Positions 20,344 to 31,348 of a stretch of 64,000 nt of DNA are shown here, piece after piece. Positions within the stretch are counted from its first letter, which is position 1. The number at the start of each line of letters is the position of its first letter. Position numbers and translations under genes: made by a program. Location: positions 160,216-224,215 of the forward strand of contig JAXLZV010000001.1 in assembly GCA_046350755.1 (NCBI GenBank). Direction: 5' to 3'. This DNA is from Candidatus Saccharimonadota bacterium. Lineage in GTDB: Bacteria > Patescibacteriota > Saccharimonadia > CAILAD01 > GCA-016700035. The notes below the pieces were generated by a model. That model saw only the letters and a program-made list of their open reading frames with translations, was not told the DNA's origin and did no database searches.

Positions 20344-22377
20344 TTAGTCGAGCGAAGTGACCGTTTTGAGACGATTTACTACTTCAAGCGTCTGTGGATA
20401 TTTTACAATGCTTTCGCTTGTTTGGAAAGCCGCCACCGCCTGCTGAGCCCTCTCTAAAGCCGGAGCATCGGTAATACGCGCAAAGCGTAGATCAAGCTCT
20501 CCTGATTGACGCAGTCCAAATCGCTGCCCGGGACCACGTGTTTCCAGGTCAAGTTGGGCTAGGCGAAAGCCATCAGTCGTACGCTCCATTGCCTGCACCC
20601 GCGCCGGAGCGTCCTTGGCGTCAGGACTCATAAAAAGATAACAGTAAGCTTGATGAGCGCTCCGGCCAACCCTACCACGCAACTGATGCAGACTTGCCAA
20701 GCCAAACCGTTCGGCCGACTCAACAATCATCACTGTCGCATTATCGGCGTGCACGCCGACTTCAATGACGGTCGTACTAATGAGAATATCTAGCTCACCA
20801 TTTACAAAGGCCTGCATCACCTCGGCTTTTTCATCACTCGACAGCTTGCCATGCATCAACCCGATGCGTCGATGGGCAAAAATTGTTCGACTTAATCGTT
20901 CATATTCAGCCTTGACGGCTTTTGAGCCTGAGATATCATTCTCATCAATCATCGGGCACACGATATAAGCTTGCTGCCCGGTAGTAATCAATTGATCGAT
21001 ATGCTTGTAGACTTTCGCGCGGTCATTTTCAGCAACCACTGTCGTCTTAATTGGCTTCCGGCCGGGTGGTAATTCGCGCAATATCGATATATCCAAATCA
21101 CCGTAAACCACCAATGCCAACGAGCGCGGAATCGGCGTCGCAGTCATCGTTAAGACATGCGGTAAACGACCAGCCTTATCTTTGAGCGCCAGTCGCTGCT
21201 GCACGCCAAAGCGATGTTGCTCGTCGACTACTACCAGCCCGAGACTGGCAAATTCGGTCCCCTTCGTCAGCAAAGCTTGCGTCCCAATAACCAGATCGAC
21301 CTTGCCGGCAGATACGTCCTCACGCACCGATCGCTTACGAGCCACCGGTAACCGACTAGTCAGGAGCTCAACCCGCACCTGCCAAGCTGCCAGCAAGTCA
21401 CGAAACGACTGTAAGTGCTGCTGCGCTAGTACTTCAGTCGGCACCATGACCGCCACTTGATGGCCGGCGCGAATGGACATCAGGGCTGCAAACGCCGCCA
21501 CTACCGTCTTACCGGAGCCTACGTCGCCCTCGAGCAGACGACTCATCGGATGATTGCGTCGCATATCAGCAAATATCTGCCAGGCCGCTGCTCGTTGCGA
21601 ATCGGTTAGCGTAAACGCTAACTTGGCCACAAAGTCTTTAGCCAGCGACTCGTCAAATACAATTGGTAAACCAGGTTCGGTCATCCACTGCTCGCGCAAG
21701 ACGCGACTAGCTAGCATATGTAAAAAAAGCTCAGTAAAGGCCATTCGCTCCCGAGCTCGCTCTAGTGAAGTGGTATCGGTGGGTTGATGGAGCGCTCGTA
21801 CGGCTTCCGAGCGCGGCATTAACTGTTCGCGCAGTCGCACCGGCTCAGGCAGCTCGTCAACCAACTCAGTAGCCACACCTAAACACTGCGAGATTAGTCC
21901 GCGCAACAGTTTTGAATGCACTTTGGCCGACTCTGGATAAATCGCCACGATTCGACCAGCTTTATCGGTTGCCTCTGGTTTCTCATAACTAGGCTGAATT
22001 ATCCCAAAGTGCCCGGCCGAGTATTTGAGTTCACCCACAAAAAAGTATTCTTCACCTTGCGTGAGCTGCTGAGCCACAAAGGGCGAATTAAACCAAGTCA
22101 GCTTCAGGGAGCCGGTCTCATCGGTCACGATCACCTCAGTAATCATCATCCGCCGTCGCCGTTGGGCCGGACGCGAGCTGATATGGTCAACTTTGGCCTT
22201 TAAGCTGACAGGGCCAGGGCGTAACTGAGCGATCGGCTTGACTTGCGAATAATCTTCATAGCGTCGTGGGAAATAGTTCAGCAGATCACCAACCGTCTCG
22301 AGACCGAGTTTTTTCAGTTCAGCACGTAAGACCTCTCCGACTCCCGTGAGCCGTGCCAGCTGAGTCCCTAAATGCAT
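20344..22377 (-). CDS. recG: ATP-dependent DNA helicase RecG
   Basis: Wedge-domain N-terminus, helicase motif I DVGSGKT and motif II VVDEQHRFG. The start is taken at MHLGTQ (22377) to abut the tyrS stop. Confidence 0.9.
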   Translation of the reverse strand: MHLGTQLARLTGVGEVLRAELKKLGLETVGDLLNYFPRRYEDYSQVKPIAQLRPGPVSLKAKVDHISSRPAQRRRRMMITEVIVTDETGSLKLTWFNSPFVAQQLTQGEEYFFVGELKYSAGHFGIIQPSYEKPEATDKAGRIVAIYPESAKVHSKLLRGLISQCLGVATELVDELPEPVRLREQLMPRSEAVRALHQPTDTTSLERARERMAFTELFLHMLASRVLREQWMTEPGLPIVFDESLAKDFVAKLAFTLTDSQRAAAWQIFADMRRNHPMSRLLEGDVGSGKTVVAAFAALMSIRAGHQVAVMVPTEVLAQQHLQSFRDLLAAWQVRVELLTSRLPVARKRSVREDVSAGKVDLVIGTQALLTKGTEFASLGLVVVDEQHRFGVQQRLALKDKAGRLPHVLTMTATPIPRSLALVVYGDLDISILRELPPGRKPIKTTVVAENDRAKVYKHIDQLITTGQQAYIVCPMIDENDISGSKAVKAEYERLSRTIFAHRRIGLMHGKLSSDEKAEVMQAFVNGELDILISTTVIEVGVHADNATVMIVESAERFGLASLHQLRGRVGRSAHQAYCYLFMSPDAKDAPARVQAMERTTDGFRLAQLDLETRGPGQRFGLRQSGELDLRFARITDAPALERAQQAVAAFQTSESIVKYPQTLEVVNRLKTVTSLD

Positions 22378-22378
22378 C

Positions 22379-23566
22379 TTAGACCTGTACTTTGATATAT
22401 CGCCGTTTGCCCAATTGAGCAATTTGACCGGATCGCAAGCGAATCGTATCCAGCGATTCGACTACCTCACCGTCAATCCGCACGCCACCCTGTTCGAGTA
22501 ACCGACGAACCTCCGACTTGGTAACGCCAAACGCGTTCGCCAGCAGACCGACGACATCTGCGAGCTCCTTATCGTCGGCTCGATAGACCGGAATATCGTC
22601 AGGCATGCCGCCATCGCGGAACTGTTTCTCCCAAGCTTCTTCGGCCGCCCGGGCCACCTTTTCGCCATGGTATCGAGCGACGATCTCACGTGCCAAGCTT
22701 GCCTTCGTATCGCGCGGGTTGGCCCCGCGAGCCATATCGCCTTCGACTGACTCGATTACGTCCATCGGTACAGCGGTTGCTAAGCGGTAGTATTCCGGGA
22801 TCAGTTCGTCATCAATCGCCATCAGCTTGCCGTACATCTCGACCGGCGCATCAGTCACGAAAACACAGTTTGGTTGTGTTTTACTCATCTTCCGGCCATC
22901 GGTACCAACCAAGAGTTGTGTCACCAGCACGGCCTGAGGCTTTTGGCCAGCACGTTTTTGGAGCGTCCGACCGGCCATCATATTGAAGAGTTGATCATTC
23001 CCACCCAATTCCACATCGGCATGCAGCGCCACCGAGTCATAACCTTGCATGACAGGATAGAGAAATTCCTGCAAGCCGACTGGCTTGCCAGCTTCGTAGC
23101 GTAAGCGGAAGTTATCACGCTCCAGCATCTGCGCAACCTTAAATTCGCTAGCTAGCTCGATAATGTCGATAAATTCCAACTTCTTCAGCCACTCCGAGTT
23201 ATAGCGAATTTCAGCCTTCTCTAGATCAATAATCTGACCAATCTGTTTCAGATAGCTCTTCATGTGCTGACGGACAGTGTCGGCCTTCAACTGCGACCGC
23301 TCAGCGTCCTTATCAGAGGTATCGCCAATCATGGCAGTATAATCACCGATCAAGATAATTACCTCGTGCCCAAGCTCCTGAAAGGCGCGTAACTTCCAGT
23401 ACACCACGGCGTGCCCGATGTGAATCTTGTCACCAGTCGGATCAATACCAAACTTAACCCGTAGTTTTTTACCACTTTTCAGCGCTTTCTCAAGCTCTTC
23501 ACGGACAATAACATCCTCAACGCCTCGCGTGAGAAGTTCTGCCAGCTGTTGTTCTCGCTTTGTCAT
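22379..23566 (-). CDS. tyrS: Tyrosyl-tRNA synthetase
   Basis: HIGH motif (KIHIGHAV), KMSKT motif and a C-terminal S4-like domain (VRIDGEVV...). Confidence 0.88.
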   Translation of the reverse strand: MTKREQQLAELLTRGVEDVIVREELEKALKSGKKLRVKFGIDPTGDKIHIGHAVVYWKLRAFQELGHEVIILIGDYTAMIGDTSDKDAERSQLKADTVRQHMKSYLKQIGQIIDLEKAEIRYNSEWLKKLEFIDIIELASEFKVAQMLERDNFRLRYEAGKPVGLQEFLYPVMQGYDSVALHADVELGGNDQLFNMMAGRTLQKRAGQKPQAVLVTQLLVGTDGRKMSKTQPNCVFVTDAPVEMYGKLMAIDDELIPEYYRLATAVPMDVIESVEGDMARGANPRDTKASLAREIVARYHGEKVARAAEEAWEKQFRDGGMPDDIPVYRADDKELADVVGLLANAFGVTKSEVRRLLEQGGVRIDGEVVESLDTIRLRSGQIAQLGKRRYIKVQV

Positions 23567-23660
23567 AACCTGATTTTACCAGAGAGACCGGCTTGCCGCC
23601 AAAAACCAGCCAAAGATATAAATATTCCCAACTTATTGATATAATAGGAACTATAAATTT

Positions 23661-26357
23661 ATGGCAAAACGAACTGCCAAAAGCCGAGCTCGACGCGTCG
23701 TCCACCGCGGATCCAATACGCATCCCGAAGCGGCCAAGCTATCCACCTCTTCTCGTCCTAAGGGGTGGGATCGTTTACGTCCGAAAAATATCTGGGCCGC
23801 TATCTCTTCCAAGAAGGGCCGACGGATTATCGCTGGCACCGCCGCTGGTATCTTTCTTGCTATCTTGGCACTTTTCCTCTGGATAGCCAAAGATCTACCC
23901 AGCCCAAATAAGATCAACTCCAAGATCTCGGCCCAAACCACTAAGCTCTATGATCGCACTGGGCAAACCGTTCTGGTAGAAATCTATGGCGATAAAAATC
24001 GGTCGGTTGTCGAGCTTGATCAAGTCGCGCCAGATTGTCGTAATGCGACAATTGCTCTCGAGGATAAGAATTTCTATAAGCAAGGTGCCTTTTCTGTTTC
24101 CGGCATTGGCCGCGCCTTTTCGGGTATTATCTTTCGCGACCCATCTCGAGGTGGTGGGTCAACGATCACCCAGCAGTACGTGAAGAATGCCTTTTTAACG
24201 AGCGAGCGCACGCCGACCCGCAAGCTCAAAGAGCTGATTCTGGCGATTCAGATCGAGCTGCTCTACAAAAAGGATGATATTCTCAAGCTCTACCTCAATG
24301 AAATCCCCTACGGCTCAACCGCTTATGGTATTCAAGCCGCCTCTAAGACCTATTTTGATAAAAACGCAAAAGACCTGACGCTCGCGGAATGCACGACCTT
24401 AGCCGCCCTACCTCAAGCTCCTAGCTACTACAATAAAAATCGTGAAGCTTTGGCCGCTCGCCAAGCCGTCGCTCTCGACTATATGGTGGAGCAAGGCTAC
24501 GCCACAAAAGAACAGGCTGAGGCCGCGAAAACAGAGAACGCAATTGCTAAGATGCAGACCAATAACTTTGCCGCCAATGTGACCGCGCCCCATTTTGTGC
24601 AATACGTGCGCGATCAGCTAGAAGAAAAATATGGCGTCAAGCGCGTCAACGAAGGTGGCCTGAAGGTTATCACCACGCTCGACATCAATAAGCAACAAAT
24701 TGCCGAAGATGTCGTCAAAAAGAACATTGCCGGAGTACGCAAATACGGCGGTAGTAATGCCGCGCTGGTCTCAGAAGATGTTGCCACCGGCGAAATGCTG
24801 TCGATGGTCGGTAGCTACGACTACAATGACCCAACGGTCGGAAACTTCAACGTCGCGGCTGCAAACCGACAACCCGGTTCGAGTTTTAAGCCCATCGTCT
24901 ATGCTTCATTGTTTAAGGGGAATTGGGGGCCCGGCTCAACAATGTATGACGTTAAAACCGACTTTGGTGGCGGCTACACACCTAAGAACTACACCGGGCG
25001 TTTCTACGGTGTCCAATCTGTGCGTACGGCTCTAGCCAGCTCACTCAACATCCCGGCCGTGAAAGCGCTGTATATCGCCGGTATCGGCAACACCATTCAG
25101 ACTGCCAACGATCTCGGTATCAGTACGTTCACAAAGGAAGACCAGAGCCGCCTCGGCCTTTCGATGGCCCTAGGTGCTGGCGAGGTCAAGCTAACCGAAA
25201 TGGTCAATGCATTTTCAGCCTTCCCGGCTGGTGGCGACATTCGTAAACAGGTCACCATTCTGTCTGTGACTGACTCAACCGGCAAAGTAATCGAAAAGAA
25301 CACGCCTGACACCAATAAGCCAAAACAAGTCCTTGATCCCCAGGTCTCATACGAGATAAATTCCATTCTCTCTGATAACCAGGCTCGCTGTTCGCTTGGC
25401 GTCTTTACATGCAATAACCCACTGACCCTCAAGGGCAAAACAGTCGCCGCCAAAACCGGAACCACCGAAGACTATAAAGACGCCTGGACTATGGGCTACA
25501 CTACAAAAACCGTCACGGGAGTATGGGCCGGTAACAACAATAACAAGCCAATGACGCAAGCGGCGTCAATCGTATCGGCCCCGATCTGGCAAGACTATAT
25601 GTCTCAAGTCACTGCAACCGAACCAAATGAACAGTTCGCCAAACCCAGCGGGATCAAGCAGGCCACCCTTGACGCCGACACTGGTAAGCTGCCAAACGCT
25701 GGCACAAAGAAGCAGCGAACCGACATTTTTGCGGCCTGGTATAAGCCCGTCCCCGCCCCTGCCAGTGCCTCCGGCAAGATCAATAAGCTCGACGGCAAAC
25801 TCGCGACCGAATGTACGCCAGCCGATGCCCTCCAAGACGTGACAGCTAATGCTATCACCGCTGAAATTCCTTCGACCGATATCTCCTACCCTCGTTGGCA
25901 ACCACCAGTCGCCGCACTGGCCAGTAGCTTGGGTTTAGCTTCGGGGGCGGGGATCCCAACCGAGAAGAGTACGATGCACAACTGCAGCGATGTGAAGCCG
26001 ACAGTGACGATATCAGTGACACCAAGCAGTGGCGCAAATTTTATCGTCAGCAGTATCGTGACCAGCGGGACTAACCCCGCCACCAAACTCGTTTACTACG
26101 CCAATGATCAAGAACTCACCAGCCAGCAGATTGGTGGTAGTGGCGTCTTCCCACTGGCGATCAAGCCCGGTATCGAAGGCCCGATTAAGATCCAAGTCAA
26201 AGTCGTCGACTCCGTACTCTACACCGGCTCTTCAAATGTTGAAACTGTTATCGGTACCGCAGCGACCGTCGGCCTGAATAGTTATCAGGGCCAGCCTGCA
26301 GCGGTGGTAGCCACAGTCAGCGACCGCGTTAATCGATTCCTCCGTAGCCTTCAATAA
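23661..26357 (+). CDS. Class A penicillin-binding protein (PBP1A; transglycosylase plus transpeptidase) with a ~250-aa C-terminal extension
   Basis: An N-terminal TM segment is followed by the GT51 motifs (ALEDKNFYKQGAFS, RGGGSTITQQYVKN), then transpeptidase SxxK (SSFKP), SxN and KTGT, then a Ser/Thr/Gly-rich tail. Confidence 0.9.
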   Translation: MAKRTAKSRARRVVHRGSNTHPEAAKLSTSSRPKGWDRLRPKNIWAAISSKKGRRIIAGTAAGIFLAILALFLWIAKDLPSPNKINSKISAQTTKLYDRTGQTVLVEIYGDKNRSVVELDQVAPDCRNATIALEDKNFYKQGAFSVSGIGRAFSGIIFRDPSRGGGSTITQQYVKNAFLTSERTPTRKLKELILAIQIELLYKKDDILKLYLNEIPYGSTAYGIQAASKTYFDKNAKDLTLAECTTLAALPQAPSYYNKNREALAARQAVALDYMVEQGYATKEQAEAAKTENAIAKMQTNNFAANVTAPHFVQYVRDQLEEKYGVKRVNEGGLKVITTLDINKQQIAEDVVKKNIAGVRKYGGSNAALVSEDVATGEMLSMVGSYDYNDPTVGNFNVAAANRQPGSSFKPIVYASLFKGNWGPGSTMYDVKTDFGGGYTPKNYTGRFYGVQSVRTALASSLNIPAVKALYIAGIGNTIQTANDLGISTFTKEDQSRLGLSMALGAGEVKLTEMVNAFSAFPAGGDIRKQVTILSVTDSTGKVIEKNTPDTNKPKQVLDPQVSYEINSILSDNQARCSLGVFTCNNPLTLKGKTVAAKTGTTEDYKDAWTMGYTTKTVTGVWAGNNNNKPMTQAASIVSAPIWQDYMSQVTATEPNEQFAKPSGIKQATLDADTGKLPNAGTKKQRTDIFAAWYKPVPAPASASGKINKLDGKLATECTPADALQDVTANAITAEIPSTDISYPRWQPPVAALASSLGLASGAGIPTEKSTMHNCSDVKPTVTISVTPSSGANFIVSSIVTSGTNPATKLVYYANDQELTSQQIGGSGVFPLAIKPGIEGPIKIQVKVVDSVLYTGSSNVETVIGTAATVGLNSYQGQPAAVVATVSDRVNRFLRSLQ

Positions 26358-26402
26358 AATACTAGCTGCGAGCAGTCCAAGCAGCTAGCGATGAACTACA
26401 CC

Positions 26403-27395
26403 TTAAGCGCTTTTTGTGGCACGACCGGCTTTACTGCGAGAACCAGAGCTATTTTTCGTCGCCGATGAGGTTGGCTGTTTGGGGGCCGCAAAAATCATCT
26501 TTCCAGCCACCGTCTGAAAGATGCGCGTTACTTCTGTGGCGACTTCTCGACCAATCAATTTATCACCGCCCTCTACCACAATCATCGTGCCGTCCTCTAG
26601 GTAGCCAACCCCCTGATTCTTCTCTTTACCAGGCTGAACAACCTTCACTACCATCTCTTCACCCGGCAATACCACCGCTCGAATCGCCTGAGAGAGCTCA
26701 TTAATATTCAGTACTCGCACCGATTCGATGGTTGCGACTCGGTTCAAGTTATAGTCGGTTGTTAAGATATCAGTCTTGAACTTCTTGGCGAGATACACCA
26801 GCTTGTGATCGACTTCCTTTACTTTCTCTGGATTGTCTTCGACGATATCGATCTCAACCGCTTCATTCTTACGTAAACTATTCAGCATCTCCAAGCCACG
26901 TCGCCCGCGACTGCGTCGCATGGCATCCTCAGAGTCGGCGATATTCTGTAACTCAGCCAAGACAAAACGTGGCACGAGAAGCTTCCCTGGCACGAAGCCA
27001 GTGGCCGCAATATCGGCGATCCGACCATCGATAATCGCGGAGGTGTCGACCAAGATTTGATTCTTCTTAGCGGCTGGAGTGCTAGCCTTCTTCGTCGATG
27101 CGGCATCGCCAGCCAAACGCGGAAAGAGATTACTCACGAATTTATGTTGCTGATAAAAAACTTCCGCCATAGCAATCGCAGCCATCAGGGTGATCGTGAT
27201 TGGCAGGATGGTTTTGTAAGGATCTGGTAGATTACTGATGGGAATCGAAATCAGTACGCCAGCCAAGGCGCCAAAGACAAAACCAATCGTCGTGAGCAAG
27301 AGTTTTTGAAAATTTAAACGCATCAAGCGCAGAGCGATATAGCAGACGACGAGGACTGCGATCGCTACGATCGGAATGATAAATGAGTATGGCAC
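26403..27395 (-). CDS. Membrane-anchored PIN-domain plus TRAM-domain protein (YacL-like)
   Basis: N-terminal TM helices, a PIN-like ILVDTSAIIDGRI and a C-terminal TRAM-like region. The GTG start overlaps the radA stop (TAGTG). Its position after clpC-radA matches Firmicutes-type synteny. Confidence 0.7.
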   Translation of the reverse strand: MPYSFIIPIVAIAVLVVCYIALRLMRLNFQKLLLTTIGFVFGALAGVLISIPISNLPDPYKTILPITITLMAAIAMAEVFYQQHKFVSNLFPRLAGDAASTKKASTPAAKKNQILVDTSAIIDGRIADIAATGFVPGKLLVPRFVLAELQNIADSEDAMRRSRGRRGLEMLNSLRKNEAVEIDIVEDNPEKVKEVDHKLVYLAKKFKTDILTTDYNLNRVATIESVRVLNINELSQAIRAVVLPGEEMVVKVVQPGKEKNQGVGYLEDGTMIVVEGGDKLIGREVATEVTRIFQTVAGKMIFAAPKQPTSSATKNSSGSRSKAGRATKSA

Positions 27396-28750
27396 TAAGT
27401 ATTTCCTTTCTTCCGAGATGATGAGCTCTTAATCTTAGTGAGGGCTGTAGCAATGTCGGTAATACCAACAACACCAGACTGCTTTAAAGCAGCTGGGGCT
27501 AGGATGTGATGAAACCCTAGCTTGCGCGCCTCACGCGCTCTCGCGTCCATGAGCTGGACGGAACGAATTTCACCGGCAAGCCCGACTTCACCAAAGCTGG
27601 CGAGTGACCCTGGGATGGTCGTCCCATAATAGGCCGAGGCAATTGCCAAAATAAGTGCGAGATCAATAGCTGGCTCGGTAATCTTTAAGCCACCTACAAT
27701 GCTAACATAGATGTCCTGATCAGATAAAGGCAGGCCGGCCCGCTTCGTGAGGACGGCAGCTAAGAGGCTCAAGCGATTTTGGTCGACACCCACGGCGGCC
27801 CGCTTCGGATAGCTCAATACTGAGGGAGAGACTAGCGCCTGAACTTCGACCATCAGCGGACGTGTACCCTCGAGAGCTACAAACACCGCGCTACCCGGCA
27901 ACTCGCGCCTCTCGGCTAATAATATTTTTGATGGATTCTCAACCTGTTTAAAACCTCGCTCACCCATCTCCAACAGAGCCACATCACTGGTCGCGCCGAA
28001 GCGATTCTTACTGGCCTTCACCACTCGCAAACTACCATACTGATCACCTTCCATCGACAGCACGACGTCGACCAAGTGTTCGAGGAGTTTTGGCCCCGCC
28101 AGTGTGCCTTCTTTGGTGACATGCCCAATAATGATACAGGCAGTATGAGTCGACTTGGCAGCCGCCATAAGCTGGTTGACTATGGTCGTAATCTGACTAG
28201 GACTGCCAGGAGCCGATGGCAACTCTGGCGCACTCAGCGTTTGAATCGAATCAATTATCGCTAAATCATAACCACCCGTCTGAATCATATCAGCCGCATC
28301 AGCCGCCGAAGTCGTCGGCATGAGCTCCAGCCCGGTGGCCGCCACGCTCATGCGATCGGCCCGCAGTTTGATTTGACGGGCTGACTCTTCTCCAGAGACA
28401 TACAATACCTTGCCTTTAGCTGCAATCGTACTAGCTACCTGCAAGACAAGCGTCGATTTACCAACTCCCGGATCACCCGACAGCAGAACCAACGAACCTG
28501 GCACCACGCCATCACCGAGCACCCGATCAAGTTCGCTCACACCAGTCGTGAAGCGCGTCAACGATTCTTGCTCGACATCCGCTAAAGCAATTGGCTTGAC
28601 CACGGCACTACCGCGCCGACCGGCGGCGGTCGGAGCTGACCGCTGCTCGATAAAGCTATCCCAGCTACCACACTGCGTGCAGCGGCCGGCCCACTTGGAA
28701 GATGTGGCGCCGCAGGTTTGGCAGACATATTGAGTTGTTGACTTAGCCAT
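27395..28750 (-). CDS. radA: DNA repair protein RadA/Sms
   Basis: N-terminal C4 zinc finger (CQTCG...CTQCG), RecA-like Walker A GDPGVGKST, a KNRFG motif and a Lon-like C-terminus. Confidence 0.92.
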   Translation of the reverse strand: MAKSTTQYVCQTCGATSSKWAGRCTQCGSWDSFIEQRSAPTAAGRRGSAVVKPIALADVEQESLTRFTTGVSELDRVLGDGVVPGSLVLLSGDPGVGKSTLVLQVASTIAAKGKVLYVSGEESARQIKLRADRMSVAATGLELMPTTSAADAADMIQTGGYDLAIIDSIQTLSAPELPSAPGSPSQITTIVNQLMAAAKSTHTACIIIGHVTKEGTLAGPKLLEHLVDVVLSMEGDQYGSLRVVKASKNRFGATSDVALLEMGERGFKQVENPSKILLAERRELPGSAVFVALEGTRPLMVEVQALVSPSVLSYPKRAAVGVDQNRLSLLAAVLTKRAGLPLSDQDIYVSIVGGLKITEPAIDLALILAIASAYYGTTIPGSLASFGEVGLAGEIRSVQLMDARAREARKLGFHHILAPAALKQSGVVGITDIATALTKIKSSSSRKKGNT

Positions 28751-28807
28751 ATACCCCTATTCTACCTGAAACTCGGGCAGATTTGTACGGCTTTTATTCG
28801 TAGTAAC

Positions 28808-31288
28808 CTACTTCACGCTGGCAACGCGATTACTAACCTCTAGCTTTACTTCGCCCTTGATAGCTTTCACGGTTACCACATCCCCCTCAACGATATATTC
28901 ATGTAGGAGCGCTTCGGCAAGCGGATCCTCCACGAGTGTTTGGATAGCTCGACGCATTGGCCGCGCGCCGTTATTTACGTCGTACCCCTTCTTTATCAGC
29001 AGGGCCTTCAAGCTCGGGGCGAATTTCAGTACCACGTCTTTTTCGCGCAGTCGCTTACCGAGATCCTTGAGCTGCAGATCGATAATCGAGCGAACATCTA
29101 TCTTTGAAAGAGCCTTAAAGATCACGATATGATCGACTCGGTTTAAGAATTCTGGACGGAAAGTGCGCTTAAGCTCCTGCTGAATGGTGCTCTTAGTGGC
29201 AATATGCAGTCGTTCGAGTTCTTTTTGCTCATCGGCAGTATCGGTTGTAAAGCCAATTTTTGCCTCTTGGTAGAGCGATTTAGCCCCAACATTACTAGTC
29301 ATAATGATGATAGTATTACGAAAATCAATCGCTCGACCTTTCGCATCGGTCAGCTGCCCATCTTCGAGGATCTGCAACAGCATATTGAAGACGTCCGGGT
29401 GAGCCTTTTCGATCTCGTCAAACAAAATCAGGCTGTATGGACGACGGCGAACTTGCTCAGTCAGCTGGCCGGCATCTTCGTAACCGACATAACCAGCCGG
29501 CGCCCCAACCAGGCGGGACACGTTGTGCCGCTCCATAAACTCAGACATATCGACCTTAATCAGTGCATCTTTATCATGAAAAACTTCTTGCGCCAGCACG
29601 CGGGCTAGTTCAGTCTTGCCAACTCCGGTAGGCCCGAGAAAAATGAATGAGCCAATCGGCCGATCGGCGTGCGCAATGCCGGTACGGCTGCGACGAATCG
29701 CCTTTGCAATCGACTCAACTGCTTCATCTTGCCCAATAACGTGACGCTTCATGGTTTTATCAAGCCGCTTGAGCTGCTCAGTCTCAATCTTTACCAGACG
29801 GGTCAACGGTATGCCGGTAGTCTGCGAGATAACCCGAGCGATTTGCTCCTGATCAACGGTAATCAGCTTACGTGAGGTATCGACCTTTTCTTGAGCCGCA
29901 ATCTTCTCCTCGAGGACACTAGCCTCCGCTTTCAAACGGGCGGCGTATTCAAAGTCTTGATTGTAAACTGCCTCTTCGATCTGTTCGTTAACATCCTCGA
30001 GTCGTACTTGTAATACCTTTAATTTCTTGGAAGTACCACCCCGTTCAATCCGAGCTAGCGAGGCAGCTTCGTCAATCAGGTCAATCGCTTTATCCGGCAA
30101 GAATCGATCCGAGATATACCGCTTGGCAAGCTTAGCTGCCTCCTCAATCGCCTCGTCGGTAATCACGACTTGATGGTGATCTTCGTAGCGAGACTTGAGA
30201 CCCTTGAGCACCTCAATCGTCTCATCGACCGTCGCTTCTGGCACAATCACCGGCTGGAAACGACGCTCCAGGGCGGCATCTTTTTCGATATGCTTACGAT
30301 ATTCGTCCAGCGTAGTAGCGCCGATAACCTGCACCATTCCCCGCGATAGAGCGGGTTTCAAAATATTGGCTGCATCGATAGCTCCCTCAGCCGAGCCAGC
30401 GCCCACGACGGTATGAAGCTCATCGATAAAGAGAATGATATCTTTATTATCAGTTACCTCTTCGATCAGCTTTTTCAAGCGTTCTTCGAATTCACCACGA
30501 TACTTCGTACCGGCGATAACGGTCGCCATATCCAGCATCACAATACGCTTACCATGCAGCACATCGGGCACTTCTTCATTGATTATTCTTTCCGCCAAAC
30601 CTTCAACAATCGCCGTCTTGCCCACACCCGGCTCACCGATGAGGACAGGGTTATTTTTCTGACGACGATTCAGAATCGAAATCATCCGATCAAGCTGCAC
30701 CTTACGACCAACCATCGGATCGAGCTCGCCAGCTTTGGCTTTTTCGGTCAGATCGATGCCAAAGTGGTCAAGAGCCGGTGTATCGCTATCTCGATTCTTG
30801 CGCCGGCCTGCTCGCTTGTCGTTATCACCATAGACTGGTGTCTGAGCATTTAAATATTGTTCGAGTTCAGAGCGAACATTATTTGGATTAACAGAAATCT
30901 CCCGCAACAATACATTCGCGCGCGCATTCTTCTGCGTCAGAATCGCGTAGAGTAAGTGCTCCGTTCCCGCATACGGCTGGCCGAATTCTTGCGCGATGCG
31001 TAAGGATAGGGCGATGGTTTTTTTGGCAGTCTGTGAGAGAGACTGCAGAGTATGCGTCGACACGACACCAGTTGGCGCCAGGGTCAGCTCAAGTTTATCA
31101 AGCGTTACACCTGACTGAGCCAGGATCTTTGAGCCGATCGAACCCTGGGTCTTGAGAACTCCAAGTAGCAGATGCTCAGTACCGACATAGACCGAGCCGA
31201 GCCCGGCAGCAATCATACTGGCATGCTCAAGACTGCGTTTAGCATTCTCAGTGAAACGGTCAAATTGTGGGGGCAGATTCTGATCCAT
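28808..31288 (-). CDS. clpC: ATP-dependent Clp protease ATP-binding subunit ClpC
   Basis: Two Clp-N repeats, D1 ([23 protein letters not shown]), a UVR-like linker, D2 ([25 protein letters not shown]) and GARPMRR. Confidence 0.92.
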   Translation of the reverse strand: MDQNLPPQFDRFTENAKRSLEHASMIAAGLGSVYVGTEHLLLGVLKTQGSIGSKILAQSGVTLDKLELTLAPTGVVSTHTLQSLSQTAKKTIALSLRIAQEFGQPYAGTEHLLYAILTQKNARANVLLREISVNPNNVRSELEQYLNAQTPVYGDNDKRAGRRKNRDSDTPALDHFGIDLTEKAKAGELDPMVGRKVQLDRMISILNRRQKNNPVLIGEPGVGKTAIVEGLAERIINEEVPDVLHGKRIVMLDMATVIAGTKYRGEFEERLKKLIEEVTDNKDIILFIDELHTVVGAGSAEGAIDAANILKPALSRGMVQVIGATTLDEYRKHIEKDAALERRFQPVIVPEATVDETIEVLKGLKSRYEDHHQVVITDEAIEEAAKLAKRYISDRFLPDKAIDLIDEAASLARIERGGTSKKLKVLQVRLEDVNEQIEEAVYNQDFEYAARLKAEASVLEEKIAAQEKVDTSRKLITVDQEQIARVISQTTGIPLTRLVKIETEQLKRLDKTMKRHVIGQDEAVESIAKAIRRSRTGIAHADRPIGSFIFLGPTGVGKTELARVLAQEVFHDKDALIKVDMSEFMERHNVSRLVGAPAGYVGYEDAGQLTEQVRRRPYSLILFDEIEKAHPDVFNMLLQILEDGQLTDAKGRAIDFRNTIIIMTSNVGAKSLYQEAKIGFTTDTADEQKELERLHIATKSTIQQELKRTFRPEFLNRVDHIVIFKALSKIDVRSIIDLQLKDLGKRLREKDVVLKFAPSLKALLIKKGYDVNNGARPMRRAIQTLVEDPLAEALLHEYIVEGDVVTVKAIKGEVKLEVSNRVASVK

Positions 31289-31348
31289 AATGACCTCCTT
31301 TTCCTCTTATGGTAAGCCCATACTGTCGACGATTAGCCGACGTAGGTA

